Source: Gammaproteobacteria bacterium | GTDB taxonomy: Bacteria > Pseudomonadota > Gammaproteobacteria > GCA-002705445 > GCA-002716945 | Direction of reading: 5' to 3' | Assembly (NCBI GenBank): GCA_029246085.1 | Contig: JAQWOB010000035.1 | Span: 12,407 to 76,406, forward strand | Length of the DNA: 64,000 bases | Part shown: positions 42,897-53,240 of the stretch, one piece after another | Position numbering within the stretch: the first letter of the stretch is position 1 | How the letters are laid out: every line of letters starts with the position of its first letter | Notes under the pieces: generated by a model | Databases searched by the model: none | The model's input: the letters and a program-made list of their open reading frames with translations, nothing else | What the model was told of the DNA's origin: nothing | Program-made: the position numbers and the translations under genes

Positions 42897-44151
42897 AATT
42901 TTTAAACATGTCAAAGCTTGGGCTGGCAGGAGATAACAAAACATTATCATTAGCTAATGAGTGTGATAATGATATTTCAACGGCAGACTCAATACTCTTG
43001 GCATCTATCGTTTTAGTAGTTATTTTTAGCTGGCTCTTGATATATTCTTTATTTTCGCCAATAAATATTACAAGTTTAACCTTTTGATTTATCAAAGAAC
43101 TCAATGACTCATAATTCATATCCTTCATAGATCCGCCAAGTATTAAAATAATTTTCTCATCGATGCACTCCAGTGCAGCCTTTGTTGATGCACAATTTGT
43201 AGACTTTGAGTCATTATACCAATTTATATTATTTGATGATTCAATCAACTCTATTCTATGAGGTAAATAATTAAAATCACTTAAAGCATTTAAGGAATTC
43301 TTGATATTAACCTTAATAATATCTAATATAGAGATAACTCCTAATATGTTTTCAAGATTATGCTTTCCTTTATATTCTAAATTTTCATTTTTAAAATATA
43401 TCTTGGAGCCATCGTAATTTAAATCTTTAATTATGGAGCCATTAATAATAATTTCTTCAGTATCGGCTATGCCATAAGTCTTAATTTTTTTTGTACCGTC
43501 AGTAAGATGATTAATTGAATTTGAAGCTAAGGAAAAAGATGAATCATTATATATTGATAATTTTATTTTTGAGTAATTTTCTATATTTTTATGTCGCTCC
43601 AGATGATCATTTTCAATATTCGTAATCACACTAATAAATGATTTTAAATCTGACATATACTCAAGCTGATAACTAGATAGCTCAAGTATGATGTAATCAT
43701 AAGTATTGTTTATGATTGAAAGAGGAGGTATTCCATTATTTCCACACGCAATACAACTATAACCTATTTTATTAAATGCATATTTTAGCATTGTCACCAT
43801 GGTAGTCTTTCCATTAGTTCCGGTAACGGATATTAGCTTACTATCACAGTATCTTTTAAAGATATCAATATCTGTTGTAATGTTAATGTTATGTCTTTTA
43901 ATATCTTTAAATATCCTATGATTTTTATCCAGACCTGGGCTAATTATTACTTCATCAACATTACTTAGAAGATCAACGGGGTACTCTTTAAAATAAATAG
44001 AATCAAGATTAATTCCTCTAAAGTTAGAATTAAGAAAATAGTCTTTATCTCTAGTATCAAATATCCTAAAGGGGATATCTTTAGACTTAAAAAAATCTGC
44101 GCATGATATGCCTGTAATGCCAATACCTAGTATTAATTTATTTTTTGACAT
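42844..44151 (-). CDS. murD: UDP-N-acetylmuramoylalanine--D-glutamate ligase
   Basis: 435 aa Mur ligase (VTGTNGKTT). Confidence 0.9.
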   Translation of the reverse strand: MSKNKLILGIGITGISCADFFKSKDIPFRIFDTRDKDYFLNSNFRGINLDSIYFKEYPVDLLSNVDEVIISPGLDKNHRIFKDIKRHNINITTDIDIFKRYCDSKLISVTGTNGKTTMVTMLKYAFNKIGYSCIACGNNGIPPLSIINNTYDYIILELSSYQLEYMSDLKSFISVITNIENDHLERHKNIENYSKIKLSIYNDSSFSLASNSINHLTDGTKKIKTYGIADTEEIIINGSIIKDLNYDGSKIYFKNENLEYKGKHNLENILGVISILDIIKVNIKNSLNALSDFNYLPHRIELIESSNNINWYNDSKSTNCASTKAALECIDEKIILILGGSMKDMNYESLSSLINQKVKLVIFIGENKEYIKSQLKITTKTIDAKSIESAVEISLSHSLANDNVLLSPASPSFDMFKNYEERGAAFISAVQNIVK

Positions 44152-44152
44152 T

Positions 44153-45238
44153 TTATCTAATTTTTAATGATGCTAAAGCTATGAGAACCAAAACAAAGGT
44201 TATAATCCAGAAACGAACAATGATTTTTGGTTCTGGCCAACCTTTAAGTTCAAAATGATGATGAATAGGTGACATTCTAAAAACTCTTTTACCAAATAAT
44301 TTAAATGAGGCTACTTGGATAATTACAGATAAAGCTTCTACAACAAAAACACCTCCCATTATCGCATATACAACTTCGAGTCTTAGCAAAATCGCAATTG
44401 TAGCTAAGACAGCACCTAACGATAAAGATCCTACGTCCCCCATAAATACTTCAGCTGGGTATGAGTTATACCAAAGAAAACCAAGTCCTGCGCCAACAAT
44501 AGTACTAGAGAATATTGCAACCTCAGATACTCCAGGCAAATAAGGAATTAACAAGTAATTAGCAATATTAAAATTACCTTCAACATAAGCAAATAAAACA
44601 AATGCTGCGGCAATTAATATACAAGGTAAAATAGCAAGTCCATCTAAACCATCAGTTAAATTTACTGCATTACTAGAACCAATAATAACTAATATGGACC
44701 AAGGTATAAAAAATATTCCAAGATATAATGCGAAATCTTTTAAAAAGGGAAGCATTAGTTCTAACTCTATTAAACTTGTTGATGTGCTAAAAATAAAATA
44801 TGCTATGAAACTAGAAATAATAATTTGGAGTATTAATTTTTTCTTTCCGCTTATTCCATCACTTGATGAATGAACAAACTTTTGATAATCATCATAGAAA
44901 CCAATTGCTCCAAATGATATTAATGTGAACAATAATACCCATATATTTTTATTCAAAATGTCAGACCAAAGAAATGTACTAAATATTATAGATATTATTA
45001 TGATAAGACCGCCCATCGATGGCGTTTGAGATTTATTTTCAATATGTGATTTTGGGCCATCACTTCTTATACTTTGGTATAAACTTTTACTATTCAGATA
45101 ATTAATTACTATGGGCCCAAGTATCAAAGAAATTATCAGAGCTGTTAGAGCAGCCAATATGATTCTTAACGTAAGATAATGGAAAACATCAAACCCAGAA
45201 TTATACTGAGCTAAATAGTCAAATAAATAATAAAGCAT
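44153..45238 (-). CDS. mraY: Phospho-N-acetylmuramoyl-pentapeptide transferase
   Basis: 361 aa, 10 TM; conserved DD and HHH motifs (SPIHHHFELKGW). Confidence 0.9.
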   Translation of the reverse strand: MLYYLFDYLAQYNSGFDVFHYLTLRIILAALTALIISLILGPIVINYLNSKSLYQSIRSDGPKSHIENKSQTPSMGGLIIIISIIFSTFLWSDILNKNIWVLLFTLISFGAIGFYDDYQKFVHSSSDGISGKKKLILQIIISSFIAYFIFSTSTSLIELELMLPFLKDFALYLGIFFIPWSILVIIGSSNAVNLTDGLDGLAILPCILIAAAFVLFAYVEGNFNIANYLLIPYLPGVSEVAIFSSTIVGAGLGFLWYNSYPAEVFMGDVGSLSLGAVLATIAILLRLEVVYAIMGGVFVVEALSVIIQVASFKLFGKRVFRMSPIHHHFELKGWPEPKIIVRFWIITFVLVLIALASLKIR

Positions 45239-45245
45239 ATAGTTA

Positions 45246-46586
45246 TTAATCGTTCCTTTCAGTTAATGCATTCACAATAATCTCAAATTCCATAAAACGC
45301 GATGCTTTTACTAAGATATTAACATTATCATTGAGTTGTGGCTTGATAAAGGAAATTAATGCATCAATTGAGTCAAAATCATATGAATTTTTACCAAATT
45401 CCTTAAGGATTGCGCTTGCATATTTACTAATTACAAATAATTTTTTAATCCCCATCTCATATGCATGTTGCACTACTTGCTTATGGTAAAACTCAGAGTT
45501 ATCACCTAATTCACCCATGTCACCCATAATAAGCCAAGGATTACCATCTAATTTTACAAGCGAATTAATGGAAGCCATAAAAGATTGTGGATTAGCATTA
45601 TAAGAACTATCAATAATTCTAGATCCATGCTGCCCTTCCTTTATACTAAATCTTCCATCTATATCATTATAATCATAGAGTCCTTTTATAACATTTGGGG
45701 ATCTAGCTCCAGCTTCATATGAAAGTGCTATTGAAAATAGAATATTATTAAGAGTATGGGTCTCTAAATCATTTACATGCAAATTTGTAATATCTGAATA
45801 TGGTGTTTTAACGCATATATTGTGGTTATTTGAACCAGAGATGCAATAATCAGCAGACTGGCTAATAGATACTGTAATAATTTTATTCTTGTTAGCTTTT
45901 AATAACCACCTTTCAAAATTGTGATCATCCAGGTTCAGTATGACAGTTTTTGGATACCCTTGATATGATAAAATCTCTTCTTTTGTTTTAATAATATTTT
46001 CAATATTTTTAAAACTATCCATATGAGCTGGAGAAACATTTAATAGAGCTACTATAGTTGGTTTTGCAATTTGAACTAATTCTTTTATATCACCAACTTT
46101 ACTAGCTCCCATTTCTAGAACAAAAACCTCATCTGCTTCTGTCCCTTTCAATATTGATAATGGTAACCCTATTTGATTATTATAATTTCTATATGTACTC
46201 AATGTCTGCTTATATGTCCGAAGGATCATGGAAGTCATATTTGTCACAGAAGTTTTTCCATTTGTTCCAGTAATACCGATTACCAAAGGATTGACCTTAT
46301 CTGCATAAAATTTAGCAATATTGGTCAAGGCATCCGTCGTATCATCAACACAAATACATGGAAAGTCTTCCAAAAGATTTTCAGAAATAACAAGTGACGC
46401 GCCATTTTTTATCGCATCATTGATGAATAGATGCCCGTCATAGTTACTACCTTTTATAGCGATAAATAATTCATTTTTACCAATTGTTCTAGAATCAATA
46501 GAGATTCCATCAATAGAAACTCGAGTATTAATATTAATCACTTCTGATTTTAAGATATTTTCTAATTCTGGTATTGATATATTCAT
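45246..46586 (-). CDS. murF: UDP-MurNAc-tripeptide--D-Ala-D-Ala ligase
   Basis: 446 aa Mur ligase (ITGTNGKTSV). Confidence 0.9.
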   Translation of the reverse strand: MNISIPELENILKSEVININTRVSIDGISIDSRTIGKNELFIAIKGSNYDGHLFINDAIKNGASLVISENLLEDFPCICVDDTTDALTNIAKFYADKVNPLVIGITGTNGKTSVTNMTSMILRTYKQTLSTYRNYNNQIGLPLSILKGTEADEVFVLEMGASKVGDIKELVQIAKPTIVALLNVSPAHMDSFKNIENIIKTKEEILSYQGYPKTVILNLDDHNFERWLLKANKNKIITVSISQSADYCISGSNNHNICVKTPYSDITNLHVNDLETHTLNNILFSIALSYEAGARSPNVIKGLYDYNDIDGRFSIKEGQHGSRIIDSSYNANPQSFMASINSLVKLDGNPWLIMGDMGELGDNSEFYHKQVVQHAYEMGIKKLFVISKYASAILKEFGKNSYDFDSIDALISFIKPQLNDNVNILVKASRFMEFEIIVNALTERND

Positions 46587-47989
46587 TTCAATAATTTTTT
46601 TAAATAATCTATATCATTATGAACTATAACTTTATTATTATAAATAATATTATCTTCATTACCCTTACCAGCAAAAATTATCACAGCATCTTTTGTAGAC
46701 ATCGAAAGTGCTTTCTTAATTGCCTTCTTTCTATTCGGTATAATATAAATATTAGACTTATCTTTTATTTTACTATGAATATCATCAATTATATTCATAG
46801 AGTCTTCATTTCTTGGGTTATCATCGGTTAGAATAATCTTATCAGAATATTTTTTAGCAATTATACCCATTCTAGACCTTTTACTGACATCACGATCTCC
46901 GCCACAACCAAATAAAGTTATTAAAAATAGTTTTCCAGACTTTATTTTTATATCTCTTAAAAGTAGCTCTAAGGCATTCTCTGTATGCGCATAATCTATT
47001 ATATATACAGCATTACTTCTTCTATCCCTGAAATAATTCATACGCCCCCTAATGGCTTTAGATCTCTTATTTAGAATAAATTTGATTTTATTTAATGAAT
47101 AGCTCTCATTAATGAGAAGCTTATATAATAAAGATCGATTAGATTTTACAAAGTGATCTTCCAATATATCTGATGTTTTAGTCAAGCGATCTATTATTTT
47201 TTCATCTACATGACTTCCATAAGTTATTATTTTTGATTTTTTAATATTACTAAATTTAGATATAGTATTCTTACAGTCTATATTTAAAAAAATGTTTCCC
47301 ATAGTCATATCCAAAAGTTTTTGCTTAGACTTTATGTAATTTTTAAATGTCTTATGGTACTCGATATGATCTTTATTGAGATTTGTCACTATAGAATCAT
47401 TAAAATTTATATGATTTAATCTTCCCTGATCCAAACCTTGGGAAGAACACTCTATTACAATAATATCTACTTTTTTTCTTCTAAAATTATCAAATGTTTT
47501 ATATAAAATGTCACTTCTCGGCGTTGTATAACCTGTACGCTTTAGTCTTGGATATATCCCATTGCCTTCTGTAGATATTAGACCAACCTTGTTCCCTAGT
47601 TTAGTCAAACTCTCAGCAATAAAATGACAGGTTGATGTTTTACCATCTGTACCAGTCACACCTATTACTTTTTTATCTTTAAGCGGTTCATTATATAAAT
47701 AATCAAGAAATATATTTAAATTATCATTTAAATATTTTGATTTAAAAACTGGAATATCTTTTTTTAAGAAATTAATATTAATAGTAGTTGTTATAATTAA
47801 TCCAATAATTCCATCATCTATAGCCTCATTTATATAATCATACATGTCCTTTCTGGATAAATTATTGAGGACTAATATTTTATTTTTACAGTTATCTTTG
47901 CTATGAAAAGAAAATATTTTTGTAAAGTTTACAATATTGGGATTAATCTCTTGTGCAAATTTAATTATATTTCTAATATGGCTATTCAT
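46583..47989 (-). CDS. murE: UDP-MurNAc-L-Ala-D-Glu--2,6-diaminopimelate ligase
   Basis: 468 aa Mur ligase (VTGTDGKTST) with a DNPR motif for meso-DAP specificity. Confidence 0.85.
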   Translation of the reverse strand: MNSHIRNIIKFAQEINPNIVNFTKIFSFHSKDNCKNKILVLNNLSRKDMYDYINEAIDDGIIGLIITTTININFLKKDIPVFKSKYLNDNLNIFLDYLYNEPLKDKKVIGVTGTDGKTSTCHFIAESLTKLGNKVGLISTEGNGIYPRLKRTGYTTPRSDILYKTFDNFRRKKVDIIVIECSSQGLDQGRLNHINFNDSIVTNLNKDHIEYHKTFKNYIKSKQKLLDMTMGNIFLNIDCKNTISKFSNIKKSKIITYGSHVDEKIIDRLTKTSDILEDHFVKSNRSLLYKLLINESYSLNKIKFILNKRSKAIRGRMNYFRDRRSNAVYIIDYAHTENALELLLRDIKIKSGKLFLITLFGCGGDRDVSKRSRMGIIAKKYSDKIILTDDNPRNEDSMNIIDDIHSKIKDKSNIYIIPNRKKAIKKALSMSTKDAVIIFAGKGNEDNIIYNNKVIVHNDIDYLKKLLK

Positions 47990-47992
47990 GAT

Positions 47993-49678
47993 TTATTTAA
48001 TATCTGGATAAACTCTTAATAAATTTAATGAATGACTCATAAATTCTTTAAATATAGGCGCAGCATGTCTTCCTCCCGATGCGTTACCTTTTCTAGGATT
48101 GCGAACAATAATTGCAGCTACATACTCGGGCTTAGAGGCTGGCACAATACCTACAAATATTGCATTATGTTTATTTATATTATATTTACCATTATCTATC
48201 ATTCTTGATGTGCCAGTTTTCCCAGCAACAGAATATTTTTCTAATTTAGCTTTTCTTCCTGTACCTCCTATCTCAATGACAGACCTCATCATCTTAATGA
48301 TCTCTTTTGAAATATTTTTGCTCAGAACTTCATCATAATAGATTTCATTCTTATTTACTTTTTCATATGTTAATTGAATCTTTTTTCCATAATTGGCTAA
48401 TGTAACATAAGCATTAGCTAAGTGTAATAATGTTGCTGATACTCCATATCCATAACTAATAGAGGCATGGTCATCTTCAGACCAATCATTATAATGATGC
48501 AGATTGCCATTTTGTTCGCCAGGCCAATCAATATATAGACTGCCACCAAAATCTAAATCTCTTAGAGTATTATATATATCCTCTCTATTTGTTTTTTTTG
48601 ACAGGGTTGCTGCTCCAATATTACTTGATTTCTGAATGATTCCTTTTAGATCTAGAATCCCCAGGTCTTTATAATCTTTGAGAGGCTTGTTGTTTAATTC
48701 GAAACCTAGAGAGGTATTAATAGTATAATTATAATCAACAGATTTTGTCTCTAATGCTGTGTATACTGCAAATGGTTTCATGATGGATCCTGGCTCAAAT
48801 GTATATGTTGCTACTTTATTTCTTATTTTATGCCCAGTCATCTCTTGTCTATTATTAGGATTAAATGATGGATAATTCACCATAGAAATTATTTCACCTG
48901 TTGTATTTTTTATCAAAACAAGTGACGCGCTATCAGCATTACTACTCTCTACATGTTTTTGTAAAATATCATATCCAATAAACTGAATCCTTTTGTCTAA
49001 AGATAGATGTATGTTCTTTCCTGGTATTGGTTTTTTAATAAGCTCAATTAGTTCAACTGAGCGTCCAAGATTATCTTTTCTAACTTTTCTGATTCCTGGA
49101 GTAGGACTTAATTCTTTATTTTTTGAGTACTCTATACCTGCTTGACCATTGTCATCAATATCTGTAAATCCAATTATATTAGAAAAATATGACCCTCCAA
49201 GATAAACACGAGAAAATTCAGATATAAAATAAATATATGGTAGATCTAAATCCATTATTTTTGATGCAAGACTATCATCTAGCTTTCTTTTTAAATAATA
49301 TTCTTTCTTATTCGAGTGTTTCTTCAATATTTTTGAAAAATCTTTTTCAGACAATCCAATCATTTTGAGTAACTTACTATATTTTATATCCTTTATTTTT
49401 AGTAATTGTTTAACTTTATAAACATTAATGCATAATGTTTTTTTAGGTAGACTCATTGCAAGAATTTCACCATTTCTATCGTAAATCATACCTCTATATT
49501 TTTTAATTATCCTATGATCTATTTGGCGTTTATCTGCTACATGGCTGAGATTAACTTTGCAGTCAGATTTATTAAATAAAAAACAATCGGTATCAAACCC
49601 TTGTAATAAAATAATTCTTGCTGTGATGAGAAGAAAAGTTATGGAGACAATAAATAATATAAAATATTGTCTCCACAT
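47993..49678 (-). CDS. ftsI: Peptidoglycan D,D-transpeptidase FtsI (PBP3)
   Basis: 561 aa; N-terminal TM, SIMK (SxxK), SSN and KTGT motifs. Confidence 0.9.
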   Translation of the reverse strand: MWRQYFILFIVSITFLLITARIILLQGFDTDCFLFNKSDCKVNLSHVADKRQIDHRIIKKYRGMIYDRNGEILAMSLPKKTLCINVYKVKQLLKIKDIKYSKLLKMIGLSEKDFSKILKKHSNKKEYYLKRKLDDSLASKIMDLDLPYIYFISEFSRVYLGGSYFSNIIGFTDIDDNGQAGIEYSKNKELSPTPGIRKVRKDNLGRSVELIELIKKPIPGKNIHLSLDKRIQFIGYDILQKHVESSNADSASLVLIKNTTGEIISMVNYPSFNPNNRQEMTGHKIRNKVATYTFEPGSIMKPFAVYTALETKSVDYNYTINTSLGFELNNKPLKDYKDLGILDLKGIIQKSSNIGAATLSKKTNREDIYNTLRDLDFGGSLYIDWPGEQNGNLHHYNDWSEDDHASISYGYGVSATLLHLANAYVTLANYGKKIQLTYEKVNKNEIYYDEVLSKNISKEIIKMMRSVIEIGGTGRKAKLEKYSVAGKTGTSRMIDNGKYNINKHNAIFVGIVPASKPEYVAAIIVRNPRKGNASGGRHAAPIFKEFMSHSLNLLRVYPDIK

Positions 49679-49703
49679 ATATTTGCTTAAGCTATTACTT
49701 TTA

Positions 49704-50873
49704 CTAGTCAGCTTGTTGCCTTAAGAAAGCAGGTATATCTATATTCTCTGCTTTTTCTTTTTCTGTAATTGTATTGCTAGTTATAGGATCACTATAGCTA
49801 GAAGTTGCTGTTGATGAAACATTGGCTGTTGTCATTGCTGCCATTGTTCCATTAGATGAAGATATGCCTGTTTGACTATGAGATATATTTTCTTCTAAAG
49901 CATCTGGATTTTCAGAAAATTCTTCAAAACCTGTTGCTATCAGAGTCACTCTTAATTCTCCCAAACTATCTTCTTCTTTTATACAACCTACAATAACGGT
50001 TGCATTTTCATTTGCAATTTCTTTAACTCGCTCGCCTATTACACCAAACTCATTAGAAGTTAAATTTGCTCCAGCTGTAATATTAACTAATACACCACTT
50101 GCGCCATGCAAGTCTATATTATCTAATAAAGGACTATTTAATGCGGCTTGAACAGCTTCTTCCGCACGATTATCACCTGTCGCACAACCAGAACCCATCA
50201 TTGCTTTACCTCTGCCTGACATTACAGTTTTAACATCAGCGAAGTCAACATTAATGAAACCTCTTATGGTTATAATTTCAGCAATACCTTTTACAGCCCC
50301 TCTCAAAACATCATTTGCATTTTCAAAAGATGAGAATATTGAGTTATCACCTCCAAATACTTCAGATAGCTTTTCATTAGGTATTACAATCAATGAGTCA
50401 ACCCACTCACTCAATGCTTCTATACCTTGCTCAGCATGCAACATCCTTTTAGCTCCTTCGAACTCATATGGTTTTGTTACAACAGCTACTGTTAATATTC
50501 CTGCATCTCTTGCAATTTGAGCAATAACTGATGCGGCTCCAGTGCCGGTACCACCACCCATTCCTGCAGCAATAAATAACATATCAGCACCTTCAATAGC
50601 AGAAGATAACTCTTCTTTTGCTTCTAAAGCTGCTTGCCTTCCTTTTTCTGGATCAGCTCCTGCTCCTAGACCTTTAGTGATCTCTGATCCAATTTGTATC
50701 ATTGTAGCGCCTTTCACATCTCTCAAAGCCTGAGAATCTGTATTTGCTAAAATAAATTCTGCACCATGAATCTTAGATTCAAGCATTGACATGACAGCAT
50801 TACCACCACCGCCGCCAACACCAATCACCTTTATCACAGCATTCTGATTATACTCATTAACTAACTCAAACAT
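49704..50873 (-). CDS. ftsZ: Cell division GTPase FtsZ
   Basis: 389 aa; GVGGGGGNAV tubulin signature, C-terminal conserved peptide DIPAFLRQQAD. Near-collinear with E. coli FtsZ. Located between ftsL and ftsI, which is atypical. Confidence 0.95.
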   Translation of the reverse strand: MFELVNEYNQNAVIKVIGVGGGGGNAVMSMLESKIHGAEFILANTDSQALRDVKGATMIQIGSEITKGLGAGADPEKGRQAALEAKEELSSAIEGADMLFIAAGMGGGTGTGAASVIAQIARDAGILTVAVVTKPYEFEGAKRMLHAEQGIEALSEWVDSLIVIPNEKLSEVFGGDNSIFSSFENANDVLRGAVKGIAEIITIRGFINVDFADVKTVMSGRGKAMMGSGCATGDNRAEEAVQAALNSPLLDNIDLHGASGVLVNITAGANLTSNEFGVIGERVKEIANENATVIVGCIKEEDSLGELRVTLIATGFEEFSENPDALEENISHSQTGISSSNGTMAAMTTANVSSTATSSYSDPITSNTITEKEKAENIDIPAFLRQQAD

Positions 50874-50887
50874 ACTACACCTCCGGT

Positions 50888-51157
50888 TTATTCAACCAAA
50901 TCTAAATAAATTATTTTCTTTTTTGATGGAATTTCCATTCCAAGACTTTTTTCAATATTGGTATTTACTAACTTCTGATTAATTAGTTTTCCCTTAGTAT
51001 CCAGCAACCTCTTATGCTCATTTAATTCGAAAGATAATTCTTGCTCAATATTTTCAATACTAATATTCATGGTTCTATTTTTATGCTTTAAATGAACAAC
51101 GGTAAAAGCTGATATTGTAATAATAAATAATATAAATAAATTAAACATAATCCTCAT
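50888..51157 (-). CDS. ftsL: Cell division protein FtsL
   Basis: 89 aa bitopic protein with a TM then coiled coil; immediately downstream of rsmH with a 17-nt overlap. Confidence 0.7.
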   Translation of the reverse strand: MRIMFNLFILFIITISAFTVVHLKHKNRTMNISIENIEQELSFELNEHKRLLDTKGKLINQKLVNTNIEKSLGMEIPSKKKIIYLDLVE

Positions 51158-52085
51158 TAGCTTTTTCCAGTATATTTAATTTCGCAGACCTAGATCTTGG
51201 ATTTAAATCAATCTCATCCTTACTAGGTTTAATTGACTTAGCAACAATATTGAACATTTTTTTTAAAAATTCACTTTTTATAGGTAAGTTTCTTGGAGTA
51301 GAAATATTTTCATCCGTTACCGCAAGAAAATTTTTAATTACTCTGTCTTCTAGAGAATGATATGTTAAAAGTACTAATCTACCTTTTGGAGCCAGAATAT
51401 TATAACTATTACTCAATACATCTTTTAAAACTTCTAACTCTTTATTCATGAAGATTCTTATGGCTTGAAACGTTCTTGTGGCATTATGTTTATGCTTTTC
51501 ATTTCTAGGCATAGCTTTATCTATTATTTTGGCTAACTGTCCAGTATCTGAAATTTTTTCTTGATCCCTCTGGTATACTATTGCTCTAGCGATACGTCTC
51601 GAGTACCTTTCATCTCCATACTTCCAAATTATATGTGATAACGTTTGTTCATCAACGGTTTCTAACCATTCGCAAGCAGAAATACCAGATGATTGATCAA
51701 ACCTCATATCTATAGGTCCATTTTTATTAAAACTGAATCCTCTACCTGCTTCATCAAGATGGTGTGAGGAAACTCCTAAATCAAATAGAATTCCATTTAT
51801 TGAACCATATATGCCCCATTCTCTAGAAAAATTTTCTAATTCTGAAAAACATCCATGTTTAAGGGTGAATCTTTTGTCGCTAATAATATCTTCTCTAATC
51901 ATATTAATCGCATATGTATCTTTATCGATTGCATAGAGTCGACCATCGGAATCTAAAGCATCTAAAATCTTTCTTGAATGGCCGCCAAATCCAAATGTCG
52001 CATCAACATAAGTACCATTAGGCACAATCTTCATAGCATTAATAGACTGATTAAGCATTACGGGTATATGTTTCGGAGCAATCAT
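51141..52085 (-). CDS. rsmH: 16S rRNA (cytosine1402-N4)-methyltransferase RsmH (MraW)
   Basis: 314 aa; HIPVML and DATFGFGGHS motifs. Confidence 0.9.
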   Translation of the reverse strand: MIAPKHIPVMLNQSINAMKIVPNGTYVDATFGFGGHSRKILDALDSDGRLYAIDKDTYAINMIREDIISDKRFTLKHGCFSELENFSREWGIYGSINGILFDLGVSSHHLDEAGRGFSFNKNGPIDMRFDQSSGISACEWLETVDEQTLSHIIWKYGDERYSRRIARAIVYQRDQEKISDTGQLAKIIDKAMPRNEKHKHNATRTFQAIRIFMNKELEVLKDVLSNSYNILAPKGRLVLLTYHSLEDRVIKNFLAVTDENISTPRNLPIKSEFLKKMFNIVAKSIKPSKDEIDLNPRSRSAKLNILEKANEDYV

Positions 52086-52282
52086 TATTGAATACCTTTT
52101 TTATATTTCATAATATGTTCATATGCATTTCTTGCATCTATGAATTTCTCAGTTGACTTAATATCATCAGGGTTCTTATCAGGATGATATTTTTGAGCAA
52201 CTCTCATAAATGCCTGTTTGATGACTCTAACGTCTTCATTTCCAGTTACACCCAATGCTCTATAATATCTATCTAATTTCAT
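52085..52282 (-). CDS. J-domain-only protein (DnaJ-like, 65 aa)
   Basis: YYRALGV...KQAFMRVAQKYHPDKNPDD...ARNAYEHI is a J-domain with the HPD motif. Start and stop each share one nucleotide with the mraZ stop and the rsmH start. Confidence 0.65.
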   Translation of the reverse strand: MKLDRYYRALGVTGNEDVRVIKQAFMRVAQKYHPDKNPDDIKSTEKFIDARNAYEHIMKYKKGIQ

Positions 52283-52734
52283 TAAATTCTAATATCTGAT
52301 AAAACAGATTCCTCTGATTCATCTGTTTCTTCAGATCTCCATTTATTGACTTTATTATTCCAAATATCATCGCTCCAAATTTCAAATTTTTGACCTTGTC
52401 CTATTAAAGTGACTTTTTTAGACATCTCAGCAACGAGTCTAAGAGGCTTAGGTAATAATATTCTTCCGTTGGAATCTAACTCTAAATCCTCTGCATGGCC
52501 TATTAGTAAGCGCTGTATTCTTCTAGTATTTTTAGTAAAGCTTGGTAAGTCATTGATTTTACTTTCAATATTAGAGAAAATAGTTGCCGGATAAAGGAGT
52601 AAGCATTTTTCTTCTGAATCAATCGTAACAACCATATTGCCATTCGACTGATCACTAATAGTATTTCTATACTTGGTTGGTATAGTTAACCTGCCTTTTC
52701 CATCCAAGTTTATGTTATGGATACCTTTAAACAT
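52282..52734 (-). CDS. mraZ: Transcriptional regulator MraZ
   Basis: 150 aa; duplicated DxxxR-type MraZ repeats (LDGKGRLTIP, LDSNGRILLP). Confidence 0.9.
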   Translation of the reverse strand: MFKGIHNINLDGKGRLTIPTKYRNTISDQSNGNMVVTIDSEEKCLLLYPATIFSNIESKINDLPSFTKNTRRIQRLLIGHAEDLELDSNGRILLPKPLRLVAEMSKKVTLIGQGQKFEIWSDDIWNNKVNKWRSEETDESEESVLSDIRI

Positions 52735-52899
52735 TTACCATTATTCCCCACAATCTTACATAAATTACCATATATCAACACTATATGACTTTTTATTGAT
52801 GTATGCAAGGCTTTGGCTTCATAAATATATAGAATATACTAAAAATAGTCTATATTAATCAAATACTTATATTTAACAAGAGCTTATCTTGATATAGTG

Positions 52900-53240
52900 A
52901 TTTTATAATTAAAAAGTAGTCTAAGAGCCAACCGATAAGCCGGGTTCTGTCATGTATGATCATTAATCTGGGATTTTTGTCGCCAAAAACCTCTAGCAGC
53001 TTACCATATAGCGTGTCTTAGGCTGACAAAATGCTATAAATTTGCTTTGCTCCTAGTGGGGTTTGCCTCAACCATACTTGTTACCTCGTATGTGGTGAGC
53101 TCTTACCTCACCTTTTCACCCTTACTAATATAAAATATTAGCGGTTATTTTCTGTAGCACTTTCCGTAAACTCACGTTTCCCAGGCGTTACCTGGCACTA
53201 TTGCCTATGGAGCCCGGACTTTCCTCTGCTTACACAGCGA
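52900..53240 (-). ncRNA. rnpB: RNase P RNA (bacterial type A)
   Basis: The reverse complement contains universal P4 and flanking elements matching E. coli M1 RNA: GAGGAAAGTCCGGGCTCCATAGG, GTGCCAGGTAACGCCTGGG, GTAAGGGTGAAAAGGTG, GGTAACAAG...GAGCAAAGCAAAT and ACAGAACCCGGCTTATCGG. P1 forms between AGAGTCAAC (5') and GTTGGCTCT (3'). Ends approximate to within about 5 nt. Confidence 0.9.

Noticed and set aside
49600-51200. Possibility that the ftsL-ftsZ-ftsI order is an assembly artefact
   Set aside because: Cannot be excluded without reads. The intergenic gaps (14 and 25 nt) are native-looking and on-strand, and no repeat that could mediate misjoining is visible. Treated as genuine and reported as a finding.
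52735-52760. MraZ operator repeats (TGGGN x3 with 5-nt spacing) upstream of mraZ
   Set aside because: Only a degenerate TGTAA-N5-TGGGG-N5-TGGTA series is present, and it lies over the RBS rather than the promoter. Too weak to call.
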